From Patescibacteria group bacterium (GTDB lineage: Bacteria; Patescibacteriota; Patescibacteriia; 2-01-FULL-39-33): DNA of 32,000 nt. Position 1 is the first letter of the stretch, and each line of letters begins with the position of its first letter. Made by a program: the position numbers and the translations under genes. Under the pieces are notes generated by a model. It ran no database searches. It was not told the DNA's origin and saw nothing but the letters and a program-made list of their open reading frames with translations. The stretch is from the NCBI GenBank assembly GCA_041649575.1, contig JBAZMW010000005.1:60001-92000 (forward strand), written 5' to 3'. Positions 1 to 8,779 of this stretch are shown in pieces.

Positions 1-1
1 T

Positions 2-145
2 GAGTGCAAGCAGACCGCGCACTACCTCACCCTGGAGGAGTGGGCTGCTTATCTAAAGGAAGCGGGATTCGAAGTTGTCGACGCTAGCGTCGGCGAGTCG
101 TACGCTAAGCAGGGCATCGTAGTAGTCGCACGTAAGGTCAGTTGA
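2..145 (+). CDS. 3' end of a CDS, possibly a SAM-dependent methyltransferase (C-terminal fragment)
   Basis: Open frame from base 2 to TGA 143-145: ECKQTAHYLTLEEWAAYLKEAGFEVVDASVGESYAKQGIVVVARKVS*. The pattern LEEWxxYLxxAGFEVVDA...VVVARK resembles methyltransferase C-termini. Confidence 0.5.
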   Translation, partial: ECKQTAHYLTLEEWAAYLKEAGFEVVDASVGESYAKQGIVVVARKVS

Positions 146-154
146 CTTCGATCC

Positions 155-205
155 TCTCAAGATCGCGAGATTGAGAGGGGGTCGGAGTTTTATTTTTCCA
201 TAAAT
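155..205 (+). terminator. Rho-independent terminator
   Basis: CCTCTCAA gatcgcgaga TTGAGAGG followed by a T-rich tract (gtcggagTTTTATTTTT). Confidence 0.7.
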
Positions 206-240
206 AATGATAAAATATTTATATAAAGACGGGAAGAATT

Positions 241-1884
241 ATGGATATAAGAAACATAATTTTATTTATTGTATCGGTTTTGGATATAATCGTAGCGCTG
301 GTTATATTTATTCATAACCCCAAAAAGGTTATGAATATAGCTTATTCTCTGACTGCTGTCTGGGCTGGCTTGTGGGGTTTTGGCATTGCAATGTTTAGGA
401 TGTCCACTATTCACTTAGAACAATTGGTTTGGAACCAGTTTTTTATTTTTGTAGCGGCGTTGGTCGGCAGCGGTTTTTTACACTTCTCTTTGGTTTTCGG
501 CGACAAGGCCGCAAAGTTGGATTTGAGAAGGTTTATATTGGTATACGCCCCTAATCTGATAGTTTTATGGGCAGTTTTGACTCCGGGAGTCATGATTAAG
601 GATATCGTTGTCAGGAGCTGGGGCAACGAGAGTATTTTGGGTTGGGGCTATATTTATTACGGCTTGTATTTTGCCTTGTTGTGGCTGTGGGCGACTTTCA
701 ACTTGTTTAAAAAATATGCTAAAGGCGAACCATCCCTAAGACAACAAATACTTTTTATCTATATTGGCATTGGCGTATCAATAGTTTTTGGCGCCACCTT
801 TAACCTGATTTTTATTTTACTGGGCAATTATCAATACATTTGGCTGGGGCCATATGCCATGTTTTGCTTTGTTATCGCCACTTCTTATGCGGTGGCCAAA
901 CATCAGCTATTGGATATAAAGGTGGTGACAACAGAAATTTTTGCTATCTTTTTGAGTCTGTTGACCTTTTCCGATCTGTTCAGGACTAGTGGTGGTTGGG
1001 AGTTTTCCGGAAAATTAGCTTTATTTTTATTAACTTTATTTTTTTCCATCCTTCTCATCCGCTCTGTCCTAAATGAAGTTCGCCGCCGCGAAGAAATGGA
1101 AAAACTCACCGAAGAATTAAAAAAGACCACCAAGAAGTTGGCTTCTGCCAACAAGGAACTGGAAAGGCTGGACGAAGCCAAGTCGGAATTTTTGTCCATC
1201 GCCAGCCACCAGCTGCGCACTCCCTCCACCATTATCAAAGGCTATATTTCCATGATGCTCGAGGGCAGTTTTGGCAAGGTGCCAAAAATAATCAAAGAGA
1301 ATTTAGATAAGGTCTATATTTCCAACGAGCGCTTGTTAAATTTGATAGAAACATTATTAAATATTTCCCGCATTGAATCTGGCCGACTAGAATTCAACAC
1401 CCAGCCGGTGGATTTGGTGAAGACCATCGAGCCGATTGTGGCCGACTTTCAGAAGAAGGCCAAGGAGAAGGGCTTGAAACTGGAATTTAGAGCCGAAAAA
1501 GATATCCCACAGGCCAAGGCCGACCCGCAGAAAGTCAAGGAAGTGATTTCCAACCTGATAGACAACTCTGTCAAATATACCAAGGAGGGTGAGGTGATTA
1601 TCGGTTTGCATCAGGAGGGCCAGTCGGTGGTTTTTACCTGCCAGGACACGGGTATTGGCATTGATCCAGAAGATGTGCCGCGGCTGTTTAATAAGTTTGT
1701 GCGCGGCAAGGGCATGATGCAGGTGTATACCGAAGGCACGGGCTTGGGACTATACTTCGCGCGGATGGTGATAGAAAATATGGGCGGCCGTATTTGGGCG
1801 GAATCGCCAGGCAAAGGCAAGGGCAGCAAATTTTCTTTTTCTCTGACGATGGCCGATAAAAATAAGGCTAAGAAAGTGAGCTAG
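241..1884 (+). CDS. Membrane sensor histidine kinase (N-terminal multi-TM region, HisKA, HATPase_c)
   Basis: Hydrophobic multi-TM N-terminus, coiled linker, H-box FLSIASHQLRTP, N-box DNSVKYT, G1 DTGIGIDPEDVPRLFNKF, G2 GTGLGLYFARMVIE. Confidence 0.92.
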   Translation: MDIRNIILFIVSVLDIIVALVIFIHNPKKVMNIAYSLTAVWAGLWGFGIAMFRMSTIHLEQLVWNQFFIFVAALVGSGFLHFSLVFGDKAAKLDLRRFILVYAPNLIVLWAVLTPGVMIKDIVVRSWGNESILGWGYIYYGLYFALLWLWATFNLFKKYAKGEPSLRQQILFIYIGIGVSIVFGATFNLIFILLGNYQYIWLGPYAMFCFVIATSYAVAKHQLLDIKVVTTEIFAIFLSLLTFSDLFRTSGGWEFSGKLALFLLTLFFSILLIRSVLNEVRRREEMEKLTEELKKTTKKLASANKELERLDEAKSEFLSIASHQLRTPSTIIKGYISMMLEGSFGKVPKIIKENLDKVYISNERLLNLIETLLNISRIESGRLEFNTQPVDLVKTIEPIVADFQKKAKEKGLKLEFRAEKDIPQAKADPQKVKEVISNLIDNSVKYTKEGEVIIGLHQEGQSVVFTCQDTGIGIDPEDVPRLFNKFVRGKGMMQVYTEGTGLGLYFARMVIENMGGRIWAESPGKGKGSKFSFSLTMADKNKAKKVS

Positions 1885-1972
1885 CTTATGCCAGCAAAAC
1901 AATTTTTGCTAAAAGGTTGTCTTTTACCATAACTATGGTATAATTATACCATAATCAAGGTGATAATAACTT

Positions 1973-2512
1973 ATGGTTTTCAAGGGTAAAGCAGAGAATA
2001 AAATTCTAGACTACTTTTTTGTAAACGTGTCAGCCAGGCATTATATTAATGAATTGGCGAGAATTTTGGATCTTGACCCCAAAAATACCTACCGCAAGCT
2101 TCTAGAGCTGGAAGAAAGAGGGGTGTTGGGAAGTGAATTTTCAGGCAAACAGAGGTATTTTTTTCTGGCTGCCAAAAATCGGTCGTTAAAAAATTTGCGA
2201 TCACTTTTTTTGAGCACAGCGGGGCTGGAAAGACGGCTAAGAGAGATAATGAAAGTAGATAAAAAAATAAAGCAAGCCTATCTTTTTGGCTCTTATGCCC
2301 AAGACAAAATGAGTCTTTCCAGTGATATTGATCTTTTGGTTGTCGGCCATCACTCGCCTTTGAAATTACAAAAAGAGATAGGCAGGATTCAAAAGGAAGT
2401 CGGGCGAGAGATCAACGTGATCAATTTAAGCGAAACCGAGTTTAAGGAAAAAAGGGAAAAGGATGCTTTTTTAAAGAATATTTTTTCAAAAAAAATAATC
2501 AGATTGAAGTGA
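1973..2512 (+). CDS. N-terminal winged-HTH domain fused to an MNT-type nucleotidyltransferase (antitoxin-like)
   Basis: HTH-like N-terminus (LARILDLDPKNTYRKLLELEERGVLG) plus MNT signature FGSYAQDKMSLSSDIDLLVV (GSx10DxD). Confidence 0.85.
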   Translation: MVFKGKAENKILDYFFVNVSARHYINELARILDLDPKNTYRKLLELEERGVLGSEFSGKQRYFFLAAKNRSLKNLRSLFLSTAGLERRLREIMKVDKKIKQAYLFGSYAQDKMSLSSDIDLLVVGHHSPLKLQKEIGRIQKEVGREINVINLSETEFKEKREKDAFLKNIFSKKIIRLK

Positions 2513-2913
2513 CGATTTTTGAAAATGACTATTTCCAGCCGCTGAAGTTTGAACCGGAGCAAATCAGTCAATATGTGGCCTCGGCCAAAAGAGATTTTTC
2601 CATAGCTAAAAACTCATCTGAGCCCGAGGTGGTCTTTAGGTTTGCTTATGACGCGATGATAAAATTAGGCCTGGCTTTAATTGCCAAACACGGGTATCGG
2701 GTCAGAAGCGCGCCCGGACACCATATCAAAATTATAGAAAAGATAGGATCGGTTTTGCATGACGGAGACATTGAAATGATGGGCAACCAGATGAGACAAA
2801 AACGCAACCTTGACTTATACAGCGGCGGATTTTTGATTTCAGAAAAAGATAGCAAAGAATATCTAGTTTTTGTGGAGAAGCTTTTTAAAAAGGCGGATAA
2901 TCTTTTGTTATGA
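2509..2913 (+). CDS. HEPN-domain protein
   Basis: Overlaps the MNT gene by 4 nt (ATGA). Helical HEPN-like protein with RxxxxH (RSAPGH) and ...RQKRNLDLYSG. Confidence 0.75.
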   Translation: MTIFENDYFQPLKFEPEQISQYVASAKRDFSIAKNSSEPEVVFRFAYDAMIKLGLALIAKHGYRVRSAPGHHIKIIEKIGSVLHDGDIEMMGNQMRQKRNLDLYSGGFLISEKDSKEYLVFVEKLFKKADNLLL

Positions 2914-2953
2914 TTCCTAAAGTAATCTTTTGTTACGTCTGTATTTAAATTAT

Positions 2954-3697
2954 ATGTGCAGACTCTTAGCCATTAAAGGAAAGATAAGCCAGGCCGACTT
3001 GGCTTTTGTTTTAGGTGAATTCAAAAAACAGGCGGTAATCGGCCGAGTGCCTCATGGCGTTAAGCCCGGTCATCGCGATGGCTGGGGTTTTTCGGTTTAT
3101 CAAAAAGGCAAGGTAAAAATATATGAGCGCAGCAACCAAGATGCCAGCCAGGACAAAAAATATGATCAAACTGTAAATAAGATTTTAAAAATTGATAGCC
3201 AGATAATTATCGGGCATCTAAGAAAGGCGTCGGTCGGAGAAAATAATGCCAAAAACAACCATCCGTTTGTGTATAAGAATTTTTCTTTCTGCCATAACGG
3301 CAAAATACTTGAAAGTGACAAGATAAAAATCAAAGCCAAATTTAAAAAATCAATCAAGGGCAGTACCGATTCGGAGCGGCTGTTTTATTTTATCCTTGGC
3401 AATCTGACCACCAGCATTAAGTTAAAAGTTGATTTTATAAAAGCGATTAAGAAGATAAAAAAAGATTTTGATTATACCGGTTTGAACTTACTGTTTTCTA
3501 ACGGCCGGAAACTGATCGCCATAAGGGAAGTGAATTTAAAGAATAAGGTAGTAAAAGAAAAGAAGATGCTGGGCTATTATGGTTTGTTTGTTGGCATTAA
3601 TAAAAAATATAGCTATCAGATAGTCGCCTCTGAAAAAATAAAACTACCAGGAACAAGCTGGCGGTTGATGAAGAATGCAGAAATAATAGAATTATAA
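2954..3697 (+). CDS. Class II glutamine amidotransferase-like protein (Ntn hydrolase)
   Basis: Internal start gives N-terminal MCRLLAIKG with the catalytic Cys2 typical of class II GATases; also GWGFSVYQKGK, IIGHLRKASVG, NNHPF. The track start at 2930 would bury the Cys. Confidence 0.8.
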   Translation: MCRLLAIKGKISQADLAFVLGEFKKQAVIGRVPHGVKPGHRDGWGFSVYQKGKVKIYERSNQDASQDKKYDQTVNKILKIDSQIIIGHLRKASVGENNAKNNHPFVYKNFSFCHNGKILESDKIKIKAKFKKSIKGSTDSERLFYFILGNLTTSIKLKVDFIKAIKKIKKDFDYTGLNLLFSNGRKLIAIREVNLKNKVVKEKKMLGYYGLFVGINKKYSYQIVASEKIKLPGTSWRLMKNAEIIEL

Positions 3698-3737
3698 AAT
3701 TCAGCTCAGCCTTCAAAGGTTGGGCTGAATTGTTTTT
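3698..3737 (+). terminator. Rho-independent terminator
   Basis: AATTCAGCtCAgCC ttcaaa GGtTGggCTGAATT g TTTTTG. Confidence 0.75.
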
Positions 3738-3739
3738 GT

Positions 3740-3768
3740 TTGACACTGATATGGCCGGGTGATAAGAT
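3740..3768 (+). promoter_or_regulatory. Sigma-70-like promoter for the PRTase-like gene
   Basis: TTGACA (3740-3745), 17-nt spacer, TAAGAT (3763-3768). The TTG start used by the ORF track lies inside this -35 box. Confidence 0.65.
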
Positions 3769-3820
3769 AATCTCGGTTCCTTCAACAGCCGTAATGATAC
3801 GGCAGAAAGAGAGGTGCATC

Positions 3821-4921
3821 ATGGGAACTGCAGTGTCTACGTCGCCAACGCCGACTTCCACCGAGACGGCGGAAGAAAGCGTCCCCGACCACCATTCGGA
3901 AAGTGAGGTGGCAGGAGAATTGACGAGGCTGTACGCTTTCACCTGGGATTTGGGAGAGAAAATGCAGTGTTTCTCCGCGCTCGGGCTGAACGTACCTCCC
4001 GCCAACGCCAAGATCTACACCGAGACGGTAAACGACGTGATCAACGAGCTCAACCGCGTTCTCAAACCGACGCAAGCCAGAGTGGAGGCCAGGTCGACGC
4101 AGGATTTGGCCAGGGCAATCGTGTCCAGGGCCTTGCGTCATCAATCGGATCTCAGGTCGCGTGCTATGCGAGAATCGTTTGTCGTCAGCACCTGTCCGGA
4201 GATCGCCAATATCCGCCAGGGCGTTTCCTTGCAGATCAATCGTCTCATCGATGAGAACGGTCGGGTGATTGGCCTGGGTCCGCGTCCGGGTACTGAGCCA
4301 ATCGAGGACCAAATGGAGGCCATCGCACACGCTTCGGGTGGGCATCCGGTGATACTCATGGAGGATGGAGCGTTCACCGGCGGCACGATGCGTTTTGTGA
4401 TCGAGAAGATGCGCGAGTATCGTCTCCAGGTGATCGCTGTGGTCATCGGCATGGCCTTTCCTACGGCCAAAGAGAAGATCGCCGAGGTCTTCGACGGTGA
4501 GATTATCTGCGAGGAGGAGAAAGACTGGCTGGACTGGATGCCCGACCACGACTTCTTCCCCTTCGTGCCCAACAGCGGCCGAGTATTCGGCGTTTCTTGG
4601 CGAGGCAATCTGGGCCCGCTCTACACTCGCGAGGGTATCAGTCTGAGCGCGCCATACATCCAACCCTTCGCTCCGTCGAGCAAGTGGGCGAGTATCCCGG
4701 AGGCGAGCTTCCTGGAATTCTCGCGTTTCTGTCTGGACAAGACGTTGCGGATTTTCCAGGATCTCTGCCACCGCAACGGCGATCGCCAGCTCACTATCGG
4801 TGACATCATCGACACAAAACCGCGCGTCAGCGTTCCGATGGGCATGGGCCAGAAGCGCTTTCCGTCTCCGAGTACGCGGATTCTCGATTACCTCAAAGAC
4901 TGCATCGAGGAGATCGACTGA
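3821..4921 (+). CDS. Phosphoribosyltransferase-like protein of unknown role
   Basis: More likely start at ATG 3821 (MGTAVSTSPTPTS...). VILMEDGAFTGGTMRFVIEKMR resembles a PRPP-binding loop (hhhh-D/E-D-x-x-x-T-G-G-T). Confidence 0.6.
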   Translation: MGTAVSTSPTPTSTETAEESVPDHHSESEVAGELTRLYAFTWDLGEKMQCFSALGLNVPPANAKIYTETVNDVINELNRVLKPTQARVEARSTQDLARAIVSRALRHQSDLRSRAMRESFVVSTCPEIANIRQGVSLQINRLIDENGRVIGLGPRPGTEPIEDQMEAIAHASGGHPVILMEDGAFTGGTMRFVIEKMREYRLQVIAVVIGMAFPTAKEKIAEVFDGEIICEEEKDWLDWMPDHDFFPFVPNSGRVFGVSWRGNLGPLYTREGISLSAPYIQPFAPSSKWASIPEASFLEFSRFCLDKTLRIFQDLCHRNGDRQLTIGDIIDTKPRVSVPMGMGQKRFPSPSTRILDYLKDCIEEID

Positions 4922-4980
4922 TCCATGATGCACTACAACACTAACAACCAGCCTGTTTCCCGCGAGGGAGATGGGCTGTA

Positions 4981-5520
4981 TTATTTTTTATTTTTTGCTA
5001 GTTTGATGGCCAGTTTTACGGCCACCGCCGGATTTTTTGCGGTCTGAATCTTTAATCTTTTTCTGCGGTCAAAATATTTACCGGCCATTTCATCGGCCCA
5101 ACCGCCAGTTCCTTTGATGGCGACAATGGGAATATTGAGCTGATAGGCAATGGCCATTTCGGTCAGCGTGCCGGAACCGCCGGAGATGGCAACGATAGCA
5201 TCACAGCTGTTAACTAAGACAAATTCACGTCCACCGCCACGCTCCATCCCGCTGACAATTAATACATCGGTGTTGATGCCCTTGTCCCAGATTTCTTTGC
5301 CTTGTCCGTAAGTCACTCCGACGGTTAGGCCCTTGCCGGCTTTAGCGCCTCGAGCAGCGGCGGTGGAAAGTGAATCATAATCTTTTTCGGCGCCGTAAAC
5401 GGTGATATTACCAGACTCGGCTATCAGTTTGCCAGCCTGGTAGGCCAATTTTTCAAGCTCTGAGGAGTATTTGAGATCAGCTGCGGAACCCATGACTCCG
5501 ATTTGTAATTTTTTGCCCAT
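4981..5520 (-). CDS. LOG/TIGR00725-like Rossmann-fold protein (possible nucleoside-monophosphate phosphoribohydrolase)
   Basis: IGVMGSA..., YGAEKDYDSLSTAAARGAKAGKG, ERGGGREFVLVNSCDAIVAISGGSGTLTE. Confidence 0.75.
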   Translation of the reverse strand: MGKKLQIGVMGSAADLKYSSELEKLAYQAGKLIAESGNITVYGAEKDYDSLSTAAARGAKAGKGLTVGVTYGQGKEIWDKGINTDVLIVSGMERGGGREFVLVNSCDAIVAISGGSGTLTEMAIAYQLNIPIVAIKGTGGWADEMAGKYFDRRKRLKIQTAKNPAVAVKLAIKLAKNKK

Positions 5521-5521
5521 A

Positions 5522-6229
5522 TTATTTATTTATTTTTTTCATTTTATAGCAAAGAATTCCCAAGCGGGCGTACTGATTTACCAATAAGGGATAGAACTCT
5601 TCTCCCTGGAAAGTGTTGGCTTGGAAATTTTCCGGCAACGGGCGGTCTTTTTCCCAATCAGTTAGACTAATAGTGCCATCAACGCGATAAACCGTTTTTT
5701 CTTTTGGAGAATGATTTTGATTTTTTTCCATGGCCAAAATAAAATTTTCTACTACCTCTGTCGCTTCTGTGACCACTTGTTGGTAGTCGCGTCCCATTAT
5801 TCCAAACTCCAACTCAACGCAATTATCCAAGATACCGCCCAATGGTCCTTGCGGGTCGGGCCAGAGCAACACGGTATCCAAGCTCAACCAATCGAGCGGA
5901 AATTTAGTCGGCAAGTCTGGTCTAGGCGCAATAATGAAATTATTATTGCCTTTGCCGGCTTTATGAATATCAATGATGTATTGGTATTTTTTGGCCACTT
6001 CCAAATTTTCGGCCGCTCGGCGCAGTTCGTATTTGTCGCTTTTAGGATCTCCCGGGTAAGCACGATTTAAATCATAGTCGATGAAGCGTTCGTTTTTTTC
6101 CAAAGCCAAAGGGTTGCCGATAAGCACATCAAAATAGTCGGATAATTTTTTATCATTCAGATTCTTTATCACTTCAAGTCCGATTGGTTCATCACCATGA
6201 GTGGCGGCGATTAGTAGTAGTTTTTTCAT
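5522..6229 (-). CDS. Succinylglutamate desuccinylase/aspartoacylase-like zinc carboxypeptidase
   Basis: ATHGDEPIG (HxxE zinc motif), FIDYDLNRAYPG, YQYIIDIHKAG. Confidence 0.75.
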   Translation of the reverse strand: MKKLLLIAATHGDEPIGLEVIKNLNDKKLSDYFDVLIGNPLALEKNERFIDYDLNRAYPGDPKSDKYELRRAAENLEVAKKYQYIIDIHKAGKGNNNFIIAPRPDLPTKFPLDWLSLDTVLLWPDPQGPLGGILDNCVELEFGIMGRDYQQVVTEATEVVENFILAMEKNQNHSPKEKTVYRVDGTISLTDWEKDRPLPENFQANTFQGEEFYPLLVNQYARLGILCYKMKKINK

Positions 6230-6298
6230 ATTTAAAGTTGGTTAAAAATGGTGTTGAGGAACAGCCGGAGCTGTTCCTCGGTAAGGTGCGGTTACGGT

Positions 6299-6853
6299 TT
6301 AGAGCGCCAATAACCAGTAGCTGCGATCGGTTTCCGCGCCGTCGCGAACGTCAAGCTCGCGAAAGCCCAAATTGGCGTAGAGTGAACGCGCCGGTACGGC
6401 GCGCATGTCGGTGCGCAGGATAGCCTGCTGGTGGCCCAAGGTCTTGGCGCGCGCAATCAGTATGCGGCTTAGCAACTTACCCAGGTTTTTGCCGCGAAAA
6501 CGCGAGTCGACGCCCAGCTCATCAACGTAGAATACGCGTCGGTCATCAGTGAAGATGAAGTCGAGCTGTCGGGAGCTGGCGATCAGTCTCATATCCTCTT
6601 GACTGACGGTATAGCCAAGCGTGAAGCCAGCGAGTTCTGGTTGCGGCTTACCGTTTTGTGCAAAAACCAGTAAGGCGGCAACCCCGGGTAGCCGGAGATG
6701 ATTAGCAATATCGCCTTTGACTCCCCGCGGTGTCCAAAAGTCCTCTAGCCACGGCGGCTCTTTCCAGATTTGACAATACAGGGCAGCGTAAGCATCGTGT
6801 ATCCAACTGTCGAGATGGGATATGTTGAATTCCGAGATTTCGAAGTTCGCCAT
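6299..6853 (-). CDS. GNAT-family N-acetyltransferase
   Basis: VYYVDELGVDSRFRGKNLGKLLSRILIARA (acetyl-CoA motif) and ARSLYANLGFREL; SD AAGGAG upstream of ATG. Confidence 0.8.
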   Translation of the reverse strand: MANFEISEFNISHLDSWIHDAYAALYCQIWKEPPWLEDFWTPRGVKGDIANHLRLPGVAALLVFAQNGKPQPELAGFTLGYTVSQEDMRLIASSRQLDFIFTDDRRVFYVDELGVDSRFRGKNLGKLLSRILIARAKTLGHQQAILRTDMRAVPARSLYANLGFRELDVRDGAETDRSYWLLAL

Positions 6854-6914
6854 GGTGTCTCTCCTTGGTTGTCACGAGCCGGGCTCGATGATCGCTTCTA
6901 AAAAGATGGGGTAC

Positions 6915-6944
6915 AAAAAACCCCTTTCTCTATCCGAGAAAGGG
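6915..6944 (-). terminator. Intrinsic terminator in the 5' leader of the minus-strand GNAT gene
   Basis: Minus strand: CCCTTTCTC ggata GAGAAAGGG g TTTTTT. Confidence 0.8.
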
Positions 6945-6997
6945 ATTATCTCAAAGCCAATTCTAACTTATGGAATTAGCTTCGCAATAATCCCTTT
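6939..6997 (-). promoter_or_regulatory. Antiterminator-like leader hairpin, mutually exclusive with the downstream terminator
   Basis: Minus strand: AAAGGGATTAT tgcg AAGCTAATTC cataagtta GAATTGGCTT tgag ATAATCCCTTT. The 3' arm overlaps the terminator 5' arm. Confidence 0.65.
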
Positions 6998-7091
6998 TTT
7001 GTGATGATGTCTTAAAATTGTTTTAGGACTCCCGATCATATTAATCAAATTATAGATGGAATTTATTAAAAAGTCAAATAAAAATTACAGT

Positions 7092-7125
7092 TGACAGAAA
7101 AAATTTTTAATGGTAGTTTATAAAT
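7092..7125 (+). promoter_or_regulatory. Possible hisS promoter
   Basis: TTGACA (7092-7097); at the 17-nt spacing the hexamer is only TAGTTT (7115-7120), while TATAAA (7120-7125) is at non-optimal spacing. Confidence 0.4.
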
Positions 7126-7193
7126 ACCTTTTTAATTAAGGCAGGAAAACAGGCTTGCCGACGGCAAGAACTATAAGGAAAGGATCCGATACC

Positions 7194-8582
7194 ATGTCAA
7201 ACAAAACCGTAAAGCCAGAAATTCTGGGTGGCTTCCGCGATATGCTACCCAGGGACGCATTGATGTTGCAGGAGATAGTCGACATTGTCAGAAGGGTGTA
7301 TGAATCCTTTGGCTTCTTGCCGCTGGAGACGCCCTGTATGGAACGGCAAGAGGTGCTGACGGGCGGCGATCCGCATTTCAACAAAACCATCTTCATTGCC
7401 CGCACTTTGCGCGGCACGGAAGACAGGGGCGTTGAGGAGAGCTGGGACAACGACTTCGCGCTGAGGTTTGATCTGACTGTGTCTCTGGCTCGGGTGGTGG
7501 CTGCCTATCCCGACTTGCTCAAGCCGTTCAAGCGCTACCAGTTGGGCAAGGTGTGGCGCGGCGAGAGCCAGCAGTCGGGGCGTTTTCGTGAGTTCTTTCA
7601 GTTGGACTTTGACACCATCGGTTCGCGTTCGCTCAACGCCGACATCGAGACCATCCAGGTGATTTACGAGTGCCTCAAGGAGCTCGGCATCGCCAACTTC
7701 ACTATTCGGTTCAACACCCGTAAGGTTCTCAACGGGTTGGCCCAGGTGGTGCAAGTGGGTGATCGGGCCAGGAATTTCTTCCGCATTCTCGACAAGCTGG
7801 ACAGGATCGGCGCCGACGGAGTGAAGGCCGATTTGATGCGTCAGCCGGACAACGAGTTCGACGAATCGGCCGTGGCCTTGAGTGAGTCGGAAGCGGACAA
7901 GGTTCTGGGTTTTTTGTCCATCAAGGATGAACGACCCGAGGACACCTTGGCACGGCTGGAGGAGTTTTTTGCCGGTGCTCAAGGCGATGGTCAGGAAGGT
8001 CTGGCCGAACTGCGGGGCATTGTCGAGGCGCTTGATCTCTTGGGCATTCCTCGCGCCAACTGGAAGCTGGATTTGTCGGTAGCCCGTGGCCTGGACTACT
8101 ACACCGGGCCGGTGTTTGAGACGATACTCAATGACTATCCGGAGCTCGGTTCGGTGGTCGGCGGCGGGCGTTTCGATGGCCTGACCAACCGTTTCATCCC
8201 GGACAGCAATATTGCGGGCGTGGGTGCCTCGGTCGGCGTGGACCGGCTGATCGTGGGTATGCAGAAACTCGGTCTGCTCAAGGCCAAGGACTCTCTGACT
8301 CAGGTGCTGGTCACCATCTTCGATCCCAAGTACGAGCGCGAGTCAAGGGCGATGGCGGCCTACTTGAGACGTTTCGGAGTACGAACCGAGCTCTACCTGG
8401 GCGAGGATCGCACACTGCGGGCGCAGTTCGCTTACGCCACCAAGAAGGGCATCCCGTTCGTCGTGGTTCTGGGCGAAGAGGAAATCGAGGCCGATAAGGT
8501 AGCCTTGAAGGATATGGCCAGTCGCAGCCAGGAGCTCTTGACAAGAGAGGAGGTTCTTGCTAAGCTGGCAAGAGCAGAATAA
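7194..8582 (+). CDS. hisS: Histidyl-tRNA synthetase
   Basis: GGFRDMLPRDA, FDLTVSLAR, YQLGKVWRGE, ARGLDYYTGPVFE, GGGRFDGL. Likely start is ATG 7194 (MSNKTVKPEILGG) behind aaggaaagg. Confidence 0.93.
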   Translation: MSNKTVKPEILGGFRDMLPRDALMLQEIVDIVRRVYESFGFLPLETPCMERQEVLTGGDPHFNKTIFIARTLRGTEDRGVEESWDNDFALRFDLTVSLARVVAAYPDLLKPFKRYQLGKVWRGESQQSGRFREFFQLDFDTIGSRSLNADIETIQVIYECLKELGIANFTIRFNTRKVLNGLAQVVQVGDRARNFFRILDKLDRIGADGVKADLMRQPDNEFDESAVALSESEADKVLGFLSIKDERPEDTLARLEEFFAGAQGDGQEGLAELRGIVEALDLLGIPRANWKLDLSVARGLDYYTGPVFETILNDYPELGSVVGGGRFDGLTNRFIPDSNIAGVGASVGVDRLIVGMQKLGLLKAKDSLTQVLVTIFDPKYERESRAMAAYLRRFGVRTELYLGEDRTLRAQFAYATKKGIPFVVVLGEEEIEADKVALKDMASRSQELLTREEVLAKLARAE

Positions 8583-8603
8583 GACGCATGTTCGTTCTTA
8601 GGT

Positions 8604-8680
8604 GGGCATGTAGCTCAGTTGGCCAGAGCGCAGGGTTGTGGCCCCTGAGGTCGTGGGTTCGAGCCCCATCGTGCCCCCCA
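8604..8680 (+). tRNA. tRNA-His (anticodon GTG)
   Basis: Acceptor GGGCATG/CGTGCCC, D-arm GCTC...GAGC, anticodon arm CAGGG ttGTGgc CCCTG, T-arm GTGGG ttcgagc CCCAT, discriminator C, encoded CCA. Confidence 0.95.
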
Positions 8681-8690
8681 GGCAATCCTA

Positions 8691-8732
8691 GGTCGTTTCC
8701 GAAGTTTCAGGAAACGGCCTTTCTTTTTTTTT
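8691..8732 (+). terminator. Rho-independent terminator after tRNA-His
   Basis: CGTTTCC gaagtttca GGAAACG gcc TTTcTTTTTTTTT. Confidence 0.9.
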
Positions 8733-8743
8733 GTTTTTAAATC

Positions 8744-8765
8744 ACCGCTCCTAGCTAGGAGCGGT
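8744..8765. terminator. Palindrome between tRNA-His and thrS, possibly part of the thrS terminator
   Basis: Perfect palindrome ACCGCTCCTAGCTAGGAGCGGT. No strong T-tract immediately next to it on the minus strand. Confidence 0.45.
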
Positions 8766-8779
8766 GGTTGGCTTTTATT

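Noticed and set aside
241-1884. Cognate two-component pair with the response regulator at 18079
   Set aside because: The REC protein is about 16 kb away with unrelated genes between; pairing cannot be supported from sequence alone.
3782-4933. 383-aa minus-strand ORF
   Set aside because: Antisense shadow ORF over the GC-rich PRTase-like gene. Low-complexity Arg/His-rich composition, no recognisable domain, and the plus-strand frame has clear motifs.
7245-7982. 245-aa minus-strand ORF opposite hisS
   Set aside because: Antisense shadow of a well-supported hisS reading frame.
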